64,000 nucleotides of DNA, taken from positions 785 to 64,784 of IMG/VR virus record IMGVR_UViG_3300042894_007079, one strand, 5' to 3'. Below the pieces are notes generated by a model. That model saw nothing but the letters and a program-made list of their open reading frames with translations, ran no database searches and was not told the DNA's origin. A program made the translations under genes and the position numbers. Numbering within the stretch: position 1 is the stretch's first letter; each line of letters begins with the position of its first letter. Positions 18,038-27,035 of this stretch are shown here, in pieces. Origin of the DNA: a virus (lineage: Duplodnaviria > Caudoviricetes).

Positions 18038-19914
18038 TAGAATAAACTAAAATCAATTTGTTTCTTTTCTAAATCAACTCCCATAACTACAACTTTGATT
18101 GGGTCTCCCAATCTTATTTTATTACCCATTTCATCTGATATCGTGTAATTATCCAGGTCTAGTTTTACTTTACCAATTGTTGAATATCTAACTAATCCCT
18201 CGCATTTAGATTCTGTTAATTCTACATACATTCCCCAATCTGTAACTCCTGATACAATTCCATCATAAACATGTCCAATTTTGTCTTGTAAGTATTCTGC
18301 TTGTTTATATTTTATAGAGTCTCTTTGAGCTTTTGAAGACAGTAATTCTCTATTAGAACACCATTTTGCTTGGTCTTCTATTTTACCGGGATTTCCTTGT
18401 TTTCCTTTATTTAGGTAATCAAAAAGAATTCTGTGTGTTATTAAGTCGGGATATCTTCTAATTGGTGAAGTAAAGTGTGAGTAGTGACTGAAACCTAATC
18501 CGTAATGACCGATGTTCTTAATCGTGTAAGTTGCTTTAGACATACATCTTGTAACAAGTGTTTGTATCATATTTTCTTCCGGTGTTCCTTTGATGTCCTT
18601 AAGAAGTTGATTTATTGATGATTTTAGTTCGTCTCCTTCTCCCTGAAGTGAGACACTGTGTCCGAAGTTTTGGCAAACATTTTCTAATTGAATTAATTTT
18701 TCTTCGTTTGGTGTGTCATGAACTCGATATACATTAAACCACTGGTTGTCTGAAAGAATTTTAGCAACTGATTTATTCGCCAGTAGCATAAATTCTTCAA
18801 TTAGTTTGTTAGCCTCTTTTTGTTCTTTAAAGTAAACACCAATTGGTTTCTTGTTGTCTTCTGCTAATTTGAATCTTACTTCAATTCCACCCATCTCAAT
18901 AGAACCATCTTTAATTCTTTTCTTTCTGATTTTTTGAGCAAGTCCATTTAGAATTCTAATTTCATTGTAAAAGTCACCGTCAAATCCTTCGATTATTTCT
19001 TGAGCTTCTTCATATGTAAATCTTCTATCAGAGTGAATTACTGTTTTACCGTGCCATTCTTTTAATATTTTACCATCTTTGTCAATGTTAAATATTACTG
19101 AAAATGCCAATCTATCTTCATGTGGTTTTAAAGAACATATTCCGTTACTCAATCTTTCCGGTAACATAGCAACACATCTATCGACGAGATATACAGATGT
19201 AGCTCTTTTAAAAGCTTCTTCATCTAATTTTGTACCTGGTTTAACATAATGCCCGACATCGGCAATATGAACACCAACTTCTATATTATTTTCATTGATT
19301 ACTTGAATTGAAATGGCATCATCAAAATCTCTAGCATCTACTGGGTCGATTGTTATAGTAGTAATATTTCTAATATCTTTTCTTTTAATAATTTCATTTT
19401 CAAAGATAACTTCTGGTACTAATTCAGATTCATTTAGTACATCTTGTGGAAAATCAACTGGTAGGTTGTACTCGTACATAATTGAATTCATTTCGGCGTT
19501 GTTATCACCTGCGTCTCCGAGAATTTTAATTATTTTTCCTTGTGGTGATTTTGAGTCTTCCCATTTTGTTAGCTCGACTATAACTTTTTGACCATCTTTT
19601 GCGACTAAACCGCCTTTGATGTAAAAATCTACAGATAGTTTATCACTATCTGAAATTACAAATGTGGATTTTTTTCCAATTTGTACTCTACCGACAAATT
19701 CTTTTCTAAATCTTGAGATTACCTCTACTACTTTTCCTTCTAACTTCTTTTCACCTTTGAATATTTCTACAGTTACTGTATCTAAATGTAAAGATGTGTT
19801 GGTATTTTTTCGATGTATAAAGATTGATTTGTCTTCTATTGTTAAACTAGCATTCCCGTTATTTGAGAATTCTATTTGACCTTTATATCGGTCACCTTCT
19901 ATTAATTGTATCAT
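18037..19914 (-). CDS. rnr: Ribonuclease R (RNB family)
   Basis: TIDPVDARDFDDA, VHIADV, IEEFMLLAN, HYGL..YSHFTSPIRRYPDL, C-terminal S1 domain. Confidence 0.95.
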   Translation of the reverse strand: MIQLIEGDRYKGQIEFSNNGNASLTIEDKSIFIHRKNTNTSLHLDTVTVEIFKGEKKLEGKVVEVISRFRKEFVGRVQIGKKSTFVISDSDKLSVDFYIKGGLVAKDGQKVIVELTKWEDSKSPQGKIIKILGDAGDNNAEMNSIMYEYNLPVDFPQDVLNESELVPEVIFENEIIKRKDIRNITTITIDPVDARDFDDAISIQVINENNIEVGVHIADVGHYVKPGTKLDEEAFKRATSVYLVDRCVAMLPERLSNGICSLKPHEDRLAFSVIFNIDKDGKILKEWHGKTVIHSDRRFTYEEAQEIIEGFDGDFYNEIRILNGLAQKIRKKRIKDGSIEMGGIEVRFKLAEDNKKPIGVYFKEQKEANKLIEEFMLLANKSVAKILSDNQWFNVYRVHDTPNEEKLIQLENVCQNFGHSVSLQGEGDELKSSINQLLKDIKGTPEENMIQTLVTRCMSKATYTIKNIGHYGLGFSHYSHFTSPIRRYPDLITHRILFDYLNKGKQGNPGKIEDQAKWCSNRELLSSKAQRDSIKYKQAEYLQDKIGHVYDGIVSGVTDWGMYVELTESKCEGLVRYSTIGKVKLDLDNYTISDEMGNKIRLGDPIKVVVMGVDLEKKQIDFSLF

Positions 19915-19930
19915 AGAAGTTTTATTATTA

Positions 19931-20323
19931 TTAATCTTTTTGTTTAGTATTTTTAGAAATGTTGTCTACTCCGTATTTTTTCATAAGAGTTTTTTTCATC
20001 TTACTCATAACTTTTTTATTTTGAATAGGATAGTCAACACCATAATTTTTTTGAAGACTTTCTTTGCGTTTCTTTTCTGAACATTTTCTACAACTATATT
20101 CACCCCATTTATTGTCGTATTTGACATAGTTTTTGAATATTACGTCTTTTTCAATTCCACAGGAATCACACTTACATTTAATTCTATAATGTGAACCTTT
20201 TGATAGTAGTTCTACTGGAATTAAAAGTTCTTCTCCTATAGTAATATCATCATAGCCCATGTTCTCATAGTATGAGAAATTGGCTTCATTTATTTTAATT
20301 GATATCTCTCTGGTTATAATCAT
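19931..20323 (-). CDS. Zinc-ribbon protein with YGVD repeats (homing-endonuclease-like DNA-binding module)
   Basis: CKCDSC..CRKC, KNYGVDYP and KKYGVDN; no nuclease motif visible. Confidence 0.55.
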   Translation of the reverse strand: MIITREISIKINEANFSYYENMGYDDITIGEELLIPVELLSKGSHYRIKCKCDSCGIEKDVIFKNYVKYDNKWGEYSCRKCSEKKRKESLQKNYGVDYPIQNKKVMSKMKKTLMKKYGVDNISKNTKQKD

Positions 20324-20415
20324 AAAAAACCGTCAAAAATTTAAGTTATTTATTAAATGATATCTTCTCCCTTTTGAATTTTACATGACTTTTTGATACC
20401 AATGGATTCCAACGA

Positions 20416-20466
20416 CTATAAAAAATCCACCTTTGAATTTTTTTAAAAAACCGCTTATTATATATA
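20416..20466 (+). promoter_or_regulatory. Late promoter (TTATATATA) with upstream CTATAAAAAATCCAC element
   Basis: Same 15-mer and the same 42-bp offset recur at 22610-22660. Confidence 0.7.
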
Positions 20467-20502
20467 CTTCATCTGAATAGGGTAAAAAATAATTATTTTT
20501 AA

Positions 20503-22608
20503 ATGAAACCAGTATTAATCGTAGAAAATTCAACGAATGCTCTAATACGAGAAAATGCGTCCGGTAAAAAAGACTACGTTTTAGGCGGTACCTTCACTGA
20601 ATTTGGTGTGAAGAACCGTAATGAGCGTATCTACACGGCCGACAGATTCTTGCCAGCATTGGACGAATTAAATGAAAGAATGAATAGCCTTGGTGCTGTT
20701 TATGGTGAGTTCGATCACCCAGATGTTTTTGACACTTCGTTAGCAAGAGCATCCCACATTATCACAAAAGCACAGTATGTTAAAGAACAAAACATCGTTG
20801 CTGGTGAAATCCGACTTCTAAGCACTTATTGGGGTAAAGAGGCTAAAGCATTGGTAGACGATGGTTGTCCAGTATTCGTTTCTTCTAGAGCGGCTGGTAT
20901 TACTGAGTCTGATGGTTCTGTTTCTTTAAAGAAGTTATTCACTTATGATATCGTAGCTGACCCAGGTTTTGCGTCAGCAAAAATGAGTGTAAAGGTTCTT
21001 AATGAGTCTTTAGGTTACACTAATCCGCAATCTAACTTTAGGATATATGAAATGTCCGACGAGTCAAAAATAAATGAATTATTCAATATGAACAATAACG
21101 AGTTTGTAACTAAAAAACAGTTAACAGATTATTCACAATATCTGGTAAACGAAATTGCTTCTACTAAAAAAGAGGTAAAAAGTGCTATCACTAAGGGTAA
21201 TATGTCTCCTAAGAAATTAGAGCAATTACTTGAGTACTATGAAGAATTAAACAACACTAATGAGAAAGTTGTTAAATATTTAGATTACTTAGCTGAAAAA
21301 ATTCAAGTTGTAGTTAATGAGAACAAATCTCTTAAATCAACAACTGAAAAATTAGCTAAACATAATGACTATTTAGCTGAAAATCTTGAGAAAGCAATTA
21401 ACTACACTGAGTATGTTGCTGAAAATCTTGACAAAAATATCGAGTATTCTGAGTATTTAGCTGAGAATTTAGATAGAAACATTTCTTATTCGGAATATAT
21501 TGCTGAAAACTTAGATAAAAATATTTCTTACTCTGAGTATTTAGCTGAAAACTTAGATAAGAATATTGCTTACTCTGAGTATATCGCTGAAAATCTTGAT
21601 AAAAACATCGCTTACTCTGAATACATCGCTGAAAACTTAGATAAGAATATTGCTTACTCTGAGTATATCGCTGAGCACGTTGATAATTCAATTGCTTATT
21701 CTGAATATTTAGCTGAGCATGTTGAGGGTAACATCGCTTACTCCGAATACATCGCTGAACATTTAGATGATAATATTGCTTATTCTGAATATATCGCTGA
21801 AAATCTTGACAAATCAATTAACTATCAAGGAATGATTGTTGAGAAATTAAATACAAAAGGAAGTAGATTATTTGAATCTATGGATGAGGCTTTTCCTTCA
21901 TTAACTTCTGCTGGTTTTGAAAACGTAGAAGATGAAAAAGAGGAAGAACAATCACATAATTATGATTATAAAGGAATGCCATCAAAAGAAGATGATGAAA
22001 AACATTATATGATGAATAAAGATGATGAAGATGTAATGGATAAAGAAGAGAATATGGAACCAAACTCTTATGAGGTTTCTGGAAACAATGACTCTGAATT
22101 ATCTGAATCTATTAATAAACTTATTGAAGAAGCTAAAAAACGTAAAGTTTCTGAAACAACTGACTTGAATTTCTTAAAGTTCTTAAACAAGTCTCAAGTT
22201 GACAGCTATTATGCACTATCCGATGAGGAACAAGAATCTGTAAAACTTCACATAAACGAAAGAAGTTACTTCACACAGAAAGATGTTCTTACATTAGTTG
22301 CTGAAGCTCTATCTACTAAGAACGAAACTCTTGAAGAAAGAGTAATCAGATTAATGCCTGAAAACACTAAGGCTATCTGGGAACAGTTGACAGACTCTTC
22401 TAAAAAATCGGTGCTTTCACAAGCAAGACTTTATCCTGAAGATGTTTTAAAAACTGAATCACAAGTTGAACATTTCTGGTTAACTAGAAATCTCAAAAAG
22501 AATGAATCTGTGACTAAAAAATTAGTTTCTCACGAAGCTCTTATCCAAGAGGATAAACTTTCTGACAATGAAGCTCAAGCAATTTTAGAAAGATTCAAAA
22601 ACATTTAA
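20503..22608 (+). CDS. gp21: Prohead protease (gp21-like) fused to scaffold/core domain
   Basis: NRNERIY, GEFDHP, VSSRA, YDIVADPG; followed by coiled-coil repeats; directly upstream of the MCP. Confidence 0.9.
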   Translation: MKPVLIVENSTNALIRENASGKKDYVLGGTFTEFGVKNRNERIYTADRFLPALDELNERMNSLGAVYGEFDHPDVFDTSLARASHIITKAQYVKEQNIVAGEIRLLSTYWGKEAKALVDDGCPVFVSSRAAGITESDGSVSLKKLFTYDIVADPGFASAKMSVKVLNESLGYTNPQSNFRIYEMSDESKINELFNMNNNEFVTKKQLTDYSQYLVNEIASTKKEVKSAITKGNMSPKKLEQLLEYYEELNNTNEKVVKYLDYLAEKIQVVVNENKSLKSTTEKLAKHNDYLAENLEKAINYTEYVAENLDKNIEYSEYLAENLDRNISYSEYIAENLDKNISYSEYLAENLDKNIAYSEYIAENLDKNIAYSEYIAENLDKNIAYSEYIAEHVDNSIAYSEYLAEHVEGNIAYSEYIAEHLDDNIAYSEYIAENLDKSINYQGMIVEKLNTKGSRLFESMDEAFPSLTSAGFENVEDEKEEEQSHNYDYKGMPSKEDDEKHYMMNKDDEDVMDKEENMEPNSYEVSGNNDSELSESINKLIEEAKKRKVSETTDLNFLKFLNKSQVDSYYALSDEEQESVKLHINERSYFTQKDVLTLVAEALSTKNETLEERVIRLMPENTKAIWEQLTDSSKKSVLSQARLYPEDVLKTESQVEHFWLTRNLKKNESVTKKLVSHEALIQEDKLSDNEAQAILERFKNI
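21361..21822 (+). repeat. About 11 x 42-bp coding repeat (YSEYIAENLDKNIA)
   Basis: Visible in both protein and DNA; no spacers. Confidence 0.9.
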
Positions 22609-22609
22609 T

Positions 22610-22660
22610 CTATAAAAAATCCACACCTTCAAAAATAAGGTAAATAAAGGGTTATATATA
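22610..22660 (+). promoter_or_regulatory. Late promoter (TTATATATA) with upstream CTATAAAAAATCCAC element
   Basis: Same architecture as 20416-20466. Confidence 0.7.
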
Positions 22661-22687
22661 GATAACAAAAAAAATAAAATTAAAACT

Positions 22688-24391
22688 ATGTCACACATTA
22701 GAATAGACAAATCAAAAGCTGTTAAGAAGTGGTCTCCAGTATTGGAAAACATGGGTGTTACGGGTGAAAGAGTAGAATGGATGGCGGAATACGCTGAGTT
22801 CCACTCAATCAACGAAAACGCTTACGTTAACGCTTCTAACGTATCAGGTATGGGCGCTGTTGTAGCTGCTCAGCCTGCTTCATTAGCAGGTCAAACTGCT
22901 CTTACATCTGGTTCACAAATTGGATCAGGTGATGTTGGTCAAAACTTATTACCAGTTGCAATGAAAATTGCTGCTCAAACAATCGGTCTTGATCTTGTTG
23001 CTGTTAAACCTTCTCCAGGTCCAAAAATCGATTTACTTTACATTGACTTCCGTTATGATGATACAAGAGATGGAGCAAACGACGAGAGACCACAAGTATT
23101 CAAATTATACGCATCTAACGTTGCTGCTATCAACACTGCTATCGTAGCTGACTTAGCTGCTGCTACTCCAGCAATCGTACAATCATCAGGTGGTTTACAA
23201 GGTGGTAGATTATTCTACAACATCAATACAGGTGCTTCTGCTACCACTGACACAGGATCTAAGCTAAACTTAGTTGAGTTCTTAGGTTTCTCTCGTGTAG
23301 ATGGATATCCAATGTTCAAAGCTTACAGACAGTTTAACACTGCTCACACAGCGGTTGGAACTGCTGGTACTCTTTGGTCTTTCGATCCAACAAGAAACAC
23401 ATTTAACCCAACTGCTTCTATGGTATCTCAAATCGTTGATATCTCTGGTGTTGTTCCTAACGCTGGTACAAAAGAAATCCAATTGGTATCTGCTCTTGAA
23501 GATCATATCCCAGGATTCTCTGCAAACTGGACACAAGGTGGAACTGGTTTCACAGGTAATTATCCAATGTCTCGTCAAGATGATGATGATACTTATTCTG
23601 GTGTTATTGGACCAAAAATCTCTTCTAAAACTATCGCAGTTGGTACTATCGAAGTATCTTCAGCTCTTAGAAGAACTGAAATTGAAGATATCAAAGCTAA
23701 CACAGGTATGGATATCGTTCAAAAAATGGAATCTATCCTTGTTAATGAATTATCTCAAACAATTTCTAAGCAAATCGTTGCTAAGATTTTTGAAATGGGT
23801 GAACTTAACAGAACATCTGCTCCTGCTGCTTCAAATACTTATTCTGGTAATATCACAAATATGACAATATTTGACTTAGATACAGAGTATGCTACAGGTG
23901 CTGGTGCTGCTGTAGGTGGTGAAACTACTCACGCTGTACAAAGAAAACTTATCACTAAGATTGCTCACGCTTCTAACTACATCGCTACTGAAGGTCGTGT
24001 AGGTCCAGCTCAATACCTTATCACAAACGGAGGTCTTGCTGCAGCTCTTTCTGATATTTCTGGATACACAATCAATCCACTTAAGTCTAAATTAAACGGA
24101 CAAGGTCAATTGTACCCTGTAGGTTCAATTGGTGATATCTCTATCTATGTTGATCCATACATGAGATATAATGACAACAGAGTTGTTCTTGGTAGAAAGA
24201 ACAATCCTGACCAACCAGGTATCATTTTCGTACCTTACTTAATGGCTCAGTCAATCTCTATCATTTCTGAAGCTACATTCGCTCCAAGAATGTTACTAAG
24301 AAGTAGATATGCAGTTGCTGAAGTTGGTTGGTTCCCACAAAAGCAGTTTATGACTATTAGAGTTGACGACGCTTACGGTCTACTTAACTAA
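22688..24391 (+). CDS. gp23: Major capsid protein (T4 gp23-like)
   Basis: KWSPVLE, DLVAVKP, IEDIKA..GMD..ESILVNELSQTI, GIIFVPY, TFAPRMLLRSRYA; strongly biased codon usage. Confidence 0.92.
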   Translation: MSHIRIDKSKAVKKWSPVLENMGVTGERVEWMAEYAEFHSINENAYVNASNVSGMGAVVAAQPASLAGQTALTSGSQIGSGDVGQNLLPVAMKIAAQTIGLDLVAVKPSPGPKIDLLYIDFRYDDTRDGANDERPQVFKLYASNVAAINTAIVADLAAATPAIVQSSGGLQGGRLFYNINTGASATTDTGSKLNLVEFLGFSRVDGYPMFKAYRQFNTAHTAVGTAGTLWSFDPTRNTFNPTASMVSQIVDISGVVPNAGTKEIQLVSALEDHIPGFSANWTQGGTGFTGNYPMSRQDDDDTYSGVIGPKISSKTIAVGTIEVSSALRRTEIEDIKANTGMDIVQKMESILVNELSQTISKQIVAKIFEMGELNRTSAPAASNTYSGNITNMTIFDLDTEYATGAGAAVGGETTHAVQRKLITKIAHASNYIATEGRVGPAQYLITNGGLAAALSDISGYTINPLKSKLNGQGQLYPVGSIGDISIYVDPYMRYNDNRVVLGRKNNPDQPGIIFVPYLMAQSISIISEATFAPRMLLRSRYAVAEVGWFPQKQFMTIRVDDAYGLLN

Positions 24392-24413
24392 TAATAGTTC
24401 TACTGAAATATTC

Positions 24414-24443
24414 AAAAAAGACCTCCAAATGGAGGTCTTTTTT
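24414..24443 (+). terminator. Rho-independent terminator after the MCP
   Basis: AAAAAAGACCTCC-AAAT-GGAGGTCTTTTTT. Confidence 0.9.
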
Positions 24444-24469
24444 GTTTTATATAAATTAATATATATGAT

Positions 24470-24853
24470 ATGAAACATTTAAAACAATTTGAATCTAAAA
24501 AAGAAAAGTTTCCTGATATTAAAAAAATGGAAGTAGATGGATATACTATTCAACTTGGTAGAAATGCTAAATCAAATGATTATTTAACTTTTATAGTTGC
24601 CGATGATGAAGACATTTGGATGCATGTTAAGGGTGTTCCTGGAAGCCATGTTGTTATAAGAGTTAGCGAAAACCTACCAACACAGGAAATAATAAAGTTT
24701 GCGGCTAACCTTGCTAAGAAAAATAGTAAAGCACCAAAAGACCAATCTGCAACTGTAGTTTTTTGCCAGAGAAAATATGTAAAAAAAGAAACTGGTATGA
24801 ATGATGGTCAGGTAAGAGTTGATTACGTAAATGCGGAAGAAATCAGTATTTAA
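24470..24853 (+). CDS. Stand-alone NFACT-R (DUF814) RNA-binding domain protein
   Basis: GRNAKSNDYLT, DIWMHVKGVPGSHVVI, AANLAKKNSK; MKHLKQFES leader. Confidence 0.85.
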   Translation: MKHLKQFESKKEKFPDIKKMEVDGYTIQLGRNAKSNDYLTFIVADDEDIWMHVKGVPGSHVVIRVSENLPTQEIIKFAANLAKKNSKAPKDQSATVVFCQRKYVKKETGMNDGQVRVDYVNAEEISI

Positions 24854-24869
24854 ATTTAATATATAATCT

Positions 24870-26396
24870 ATGAATTTATTAAAATATAATAAAATTTTCG
24901 AATCCGGAACTCAATCTGACCCTGGTGCTCGTGGATACACTGGTGGTGGTTACAAATCTAAAGAAGAAGTCTTTGGAAAAAAAGAAGAACCTCAATCAGT
25001 AGATAAAACTGCGAGAATTAAAATATCAAAAGAATTAGAAAAAGTACTTAAAACAATGGAAGATAATGATAGTTATCTGGCTTTTGAGATGCTTTGGTTA
25101 GGTGAACCAAGTTCAAAATATCAAAATGGTTTGGGTATTACTGATGTTACTGTATCTACTAAACCTTATTGCTTTGAAGTTACTATTACTGGAAAAAAAT
25201 ATGATATGAAAATTGGTAAGTTTTTCAGATATTATTGGCCTGGTTTACTTACAGAAGACGAAATAAAATCTTTTATTTATCAGTATAATGATATGACTTC
25301 TGATAATGTAGGCACTGACGCTACAACAACAGCTCGTAGAATTCAAGCTCCAACATTTTCATATAAACCTAAAGATGTTAAGGCTACATTCTTATCTTTA
25401 ACAACTAAAACTTACCCACATGGATATGAAGATGAGGTTCTTCAGTTTTTACCTGATTTGAAAAAAGATGAAGTAGGTAATTATTATAAAATTATTGGCG
25501 AAGGTAAACAAAAAACTATGTTTACTTGTCACTTAGACACTGCTGATAGAGACCAAAAAACAACAAAATTATTTGAATGTAATGGTCGAGTAGTGGAAGA
25601 AGGATATTCTTTTAGACTTATCAAAACTGGTACTGGTGATGAGCACATTTATACGGATGGGCATTCTATATTAGGAGCTGATGATAAAGCGGGAACTGCT
25701 GTTATGCTTTATATGATGGCTAATAATGTTCCTGGTATCTACTATTTCTTTATTGGTGAAGAAAGAGGTGGTATTGGCTCAAACGCTCTTTCTGCTATTT
25801 ATGACAAAATGGATTTTTTATCTGATGTTAAGCATTGTGTTTCTTTTGATAGAAGAAGAACTACATCTGTAATCACTCATCAATTGGGAAGACAATGTTG
25901 TTCAAATGAGTTTGGACAAGCACTTTGTGATGAGTATAACAAACACGGTTTAAATCTATCTTTAGATACAACCGGTGTTTATACTGATTCTGCTTCACTT
26001 ATGGAAGATATCGCTGAGTGTACAAATATATCAGTTGGTTATTATAATGAACACCGAGGAACTGAAATGTTAAACATAACACACTTAATTAAACTAGCTG
26101 AGGCTTCGGTCAAAGTTAATTGGTCTGATTTGCCTGTTAAAAGAAAAATTGGATATAATGAAGAGCTATTTGCTAAACACAAAACACTTATCAATGAAAT
26201 AAAGAAAAATGTGTTTGGTATTGATGTAAAAGTTGTTGGTAAAGATGATAGAATATTTATTAGTTTAGATATGGAAGAACCTGATATGAGTGAGGTTTAT
26301 GATTCTCTTATTAGAGTACAAACAATATTAAATAAGTATAAAATCGAAGATACTGGCTTATTTGAAGAAACATATTTTAAAATTGAATTAAGATAA
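24870..26396 (+). CDS. M28/M20-clan zinc peptidase with N-terminal extension
   Basis: CHLDT, LGADDKAG, GEERG, SFDRR, YTDS, VGYYNEH. Confidence 0.8.
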   Translation: MNLLKYNKIFESGTQSDPGARGYTGGGYKSKEEVFGKKEEPQSVDKTARIKISKELEKVLKTMEDNDSYLAFEMLWLGEPSSKYQNGLGITDVTVSTKPYCFEVTITGKKYDMKIGKFFRYYWPGLLTEDEIKSFIYQYNDMTSDNVGTDATTTARRIQAPTFSYKPKDVKATFLSLTTKTYPHGYEDEVLQFLPDLKKDEVGNYYKIIGEGKQKTMFTCHLDTADRDQKTTKLFECNGRVVEEGYSFRLIKTGTGDEHIYTDGHSILGADDKAGTAVMLYMMANNVPGIYYFFIGEERGGIGSNALSAIYDKMDFLSDVKHCVSFDRRRTTSVITHQLGRQCCSNEFGQALCDEYNKHGLNLSLDTTGVYTDSASLMEDIAECTNISVGYYNEHRGTEMLNITHLIKLAEASVKVNWSDLPVKRKIGYNEELFAKHKTLINEIKKNVFGIDVKVVGKDDRIFISLDMEEPDMSEVYDSLIRVQTILNKYKIEDTGLFEETYFKIELR

Positions 26397-26397
26397 A

Positions 26398-26973
26398 ATG
26401 AAAGTTAAAACATTTATAAAATATTTAGAGAATATCAGAAAAGACGACTTCAGTCATCTTAATGATGATTTATCGGCTAATAAAAAGAATGAGGGTCGTT
26501 GGCCAGATGATGACTATGATTATGGTGATGATTCTACAAAAGATTATGGTGATTATGATGATTGGTATGATGATGAAGATGAGAAGTATTATTCTGGTCG
26601 TAAATCTTCTAACCCTAAATTTGACGATGATGATAATGATGATGACTATACTTACGGTGATGATGATGGTGATGACGATGATGTTCAACATTTAACTTAC
26701 TTACTTAGACAAATGTTTAGAAATTCAGGAGTTGATAATGTCCAAATCACCGCTAAACGAAACGAAGATATTGTTATTGAAGTTTATATGGGTAAAAAAG
26801 ATACTCTTAGAAACATAATAAAAGTTTTTGAAGTTGCTAATAAACTAAAAAGAGATATATTAGCTCAATACGATGCTGAGTTTGATATATGGACTGCAAA
26901 AAATGGCGCAGGTATACTTTCATTTGGATTTACCTTAGATGAGGGATTAGATGATGATAATATACCATTTTAA
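26398..26973 (+). CDS. Asp-rich acidic protein ending DDDNIPF
   Basis: D/Y-rich tract at about aa 38-96; SSB-like C-terminus. Confidence 0.6.
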   Translation: MKVKTFIKYLENIRKDDFSHLNDDLSANKKNEGRWPDDDYDYGDDSTKDYGDYDDWYDDEDEKYYSGRKSSNPKFDDDDNDDDYTYGDDDGDDDDVQHLTYLLRQMFRNSGVDNVQITAKRNEDIVIEVYMGKKDTLRNIIKVFEVANKLKRDILAQYDAEFDIWTAKNGAGILSFGFTLDEGLDDDNIPF

Positions 26974-26982
26974 TTAAACTTT

Positions 26983-27013
26983 TTTGTATTTACAGATATT
27001 ATATATACATTTG
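26983..27013 (+). promoter_or_regulatory. Bacteroidota-type promoter for tmRNA (TTTG-N19-TACATTTG)
   Basis: Matches the -33/-7 consensus TTTG N19-21 TAnnTTTG. Confidence 0.65.
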
Positions 27014-27035
27014 TAAGATAATTACAATATACTAT

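Noticed and set aside
21361-21822. 42-bp repeats as a CRISPR array; antisense ORF 21398-21817
   Set aside because: No unique spacers; the repeats are in-frame coding with synonymous variation, and the antisense ORF is a shadow.
26462-26695. Met-rich and Ile-rich alternative ORFs
   Set aside because: Frame artefacts of the GAT-rich Asp tract.
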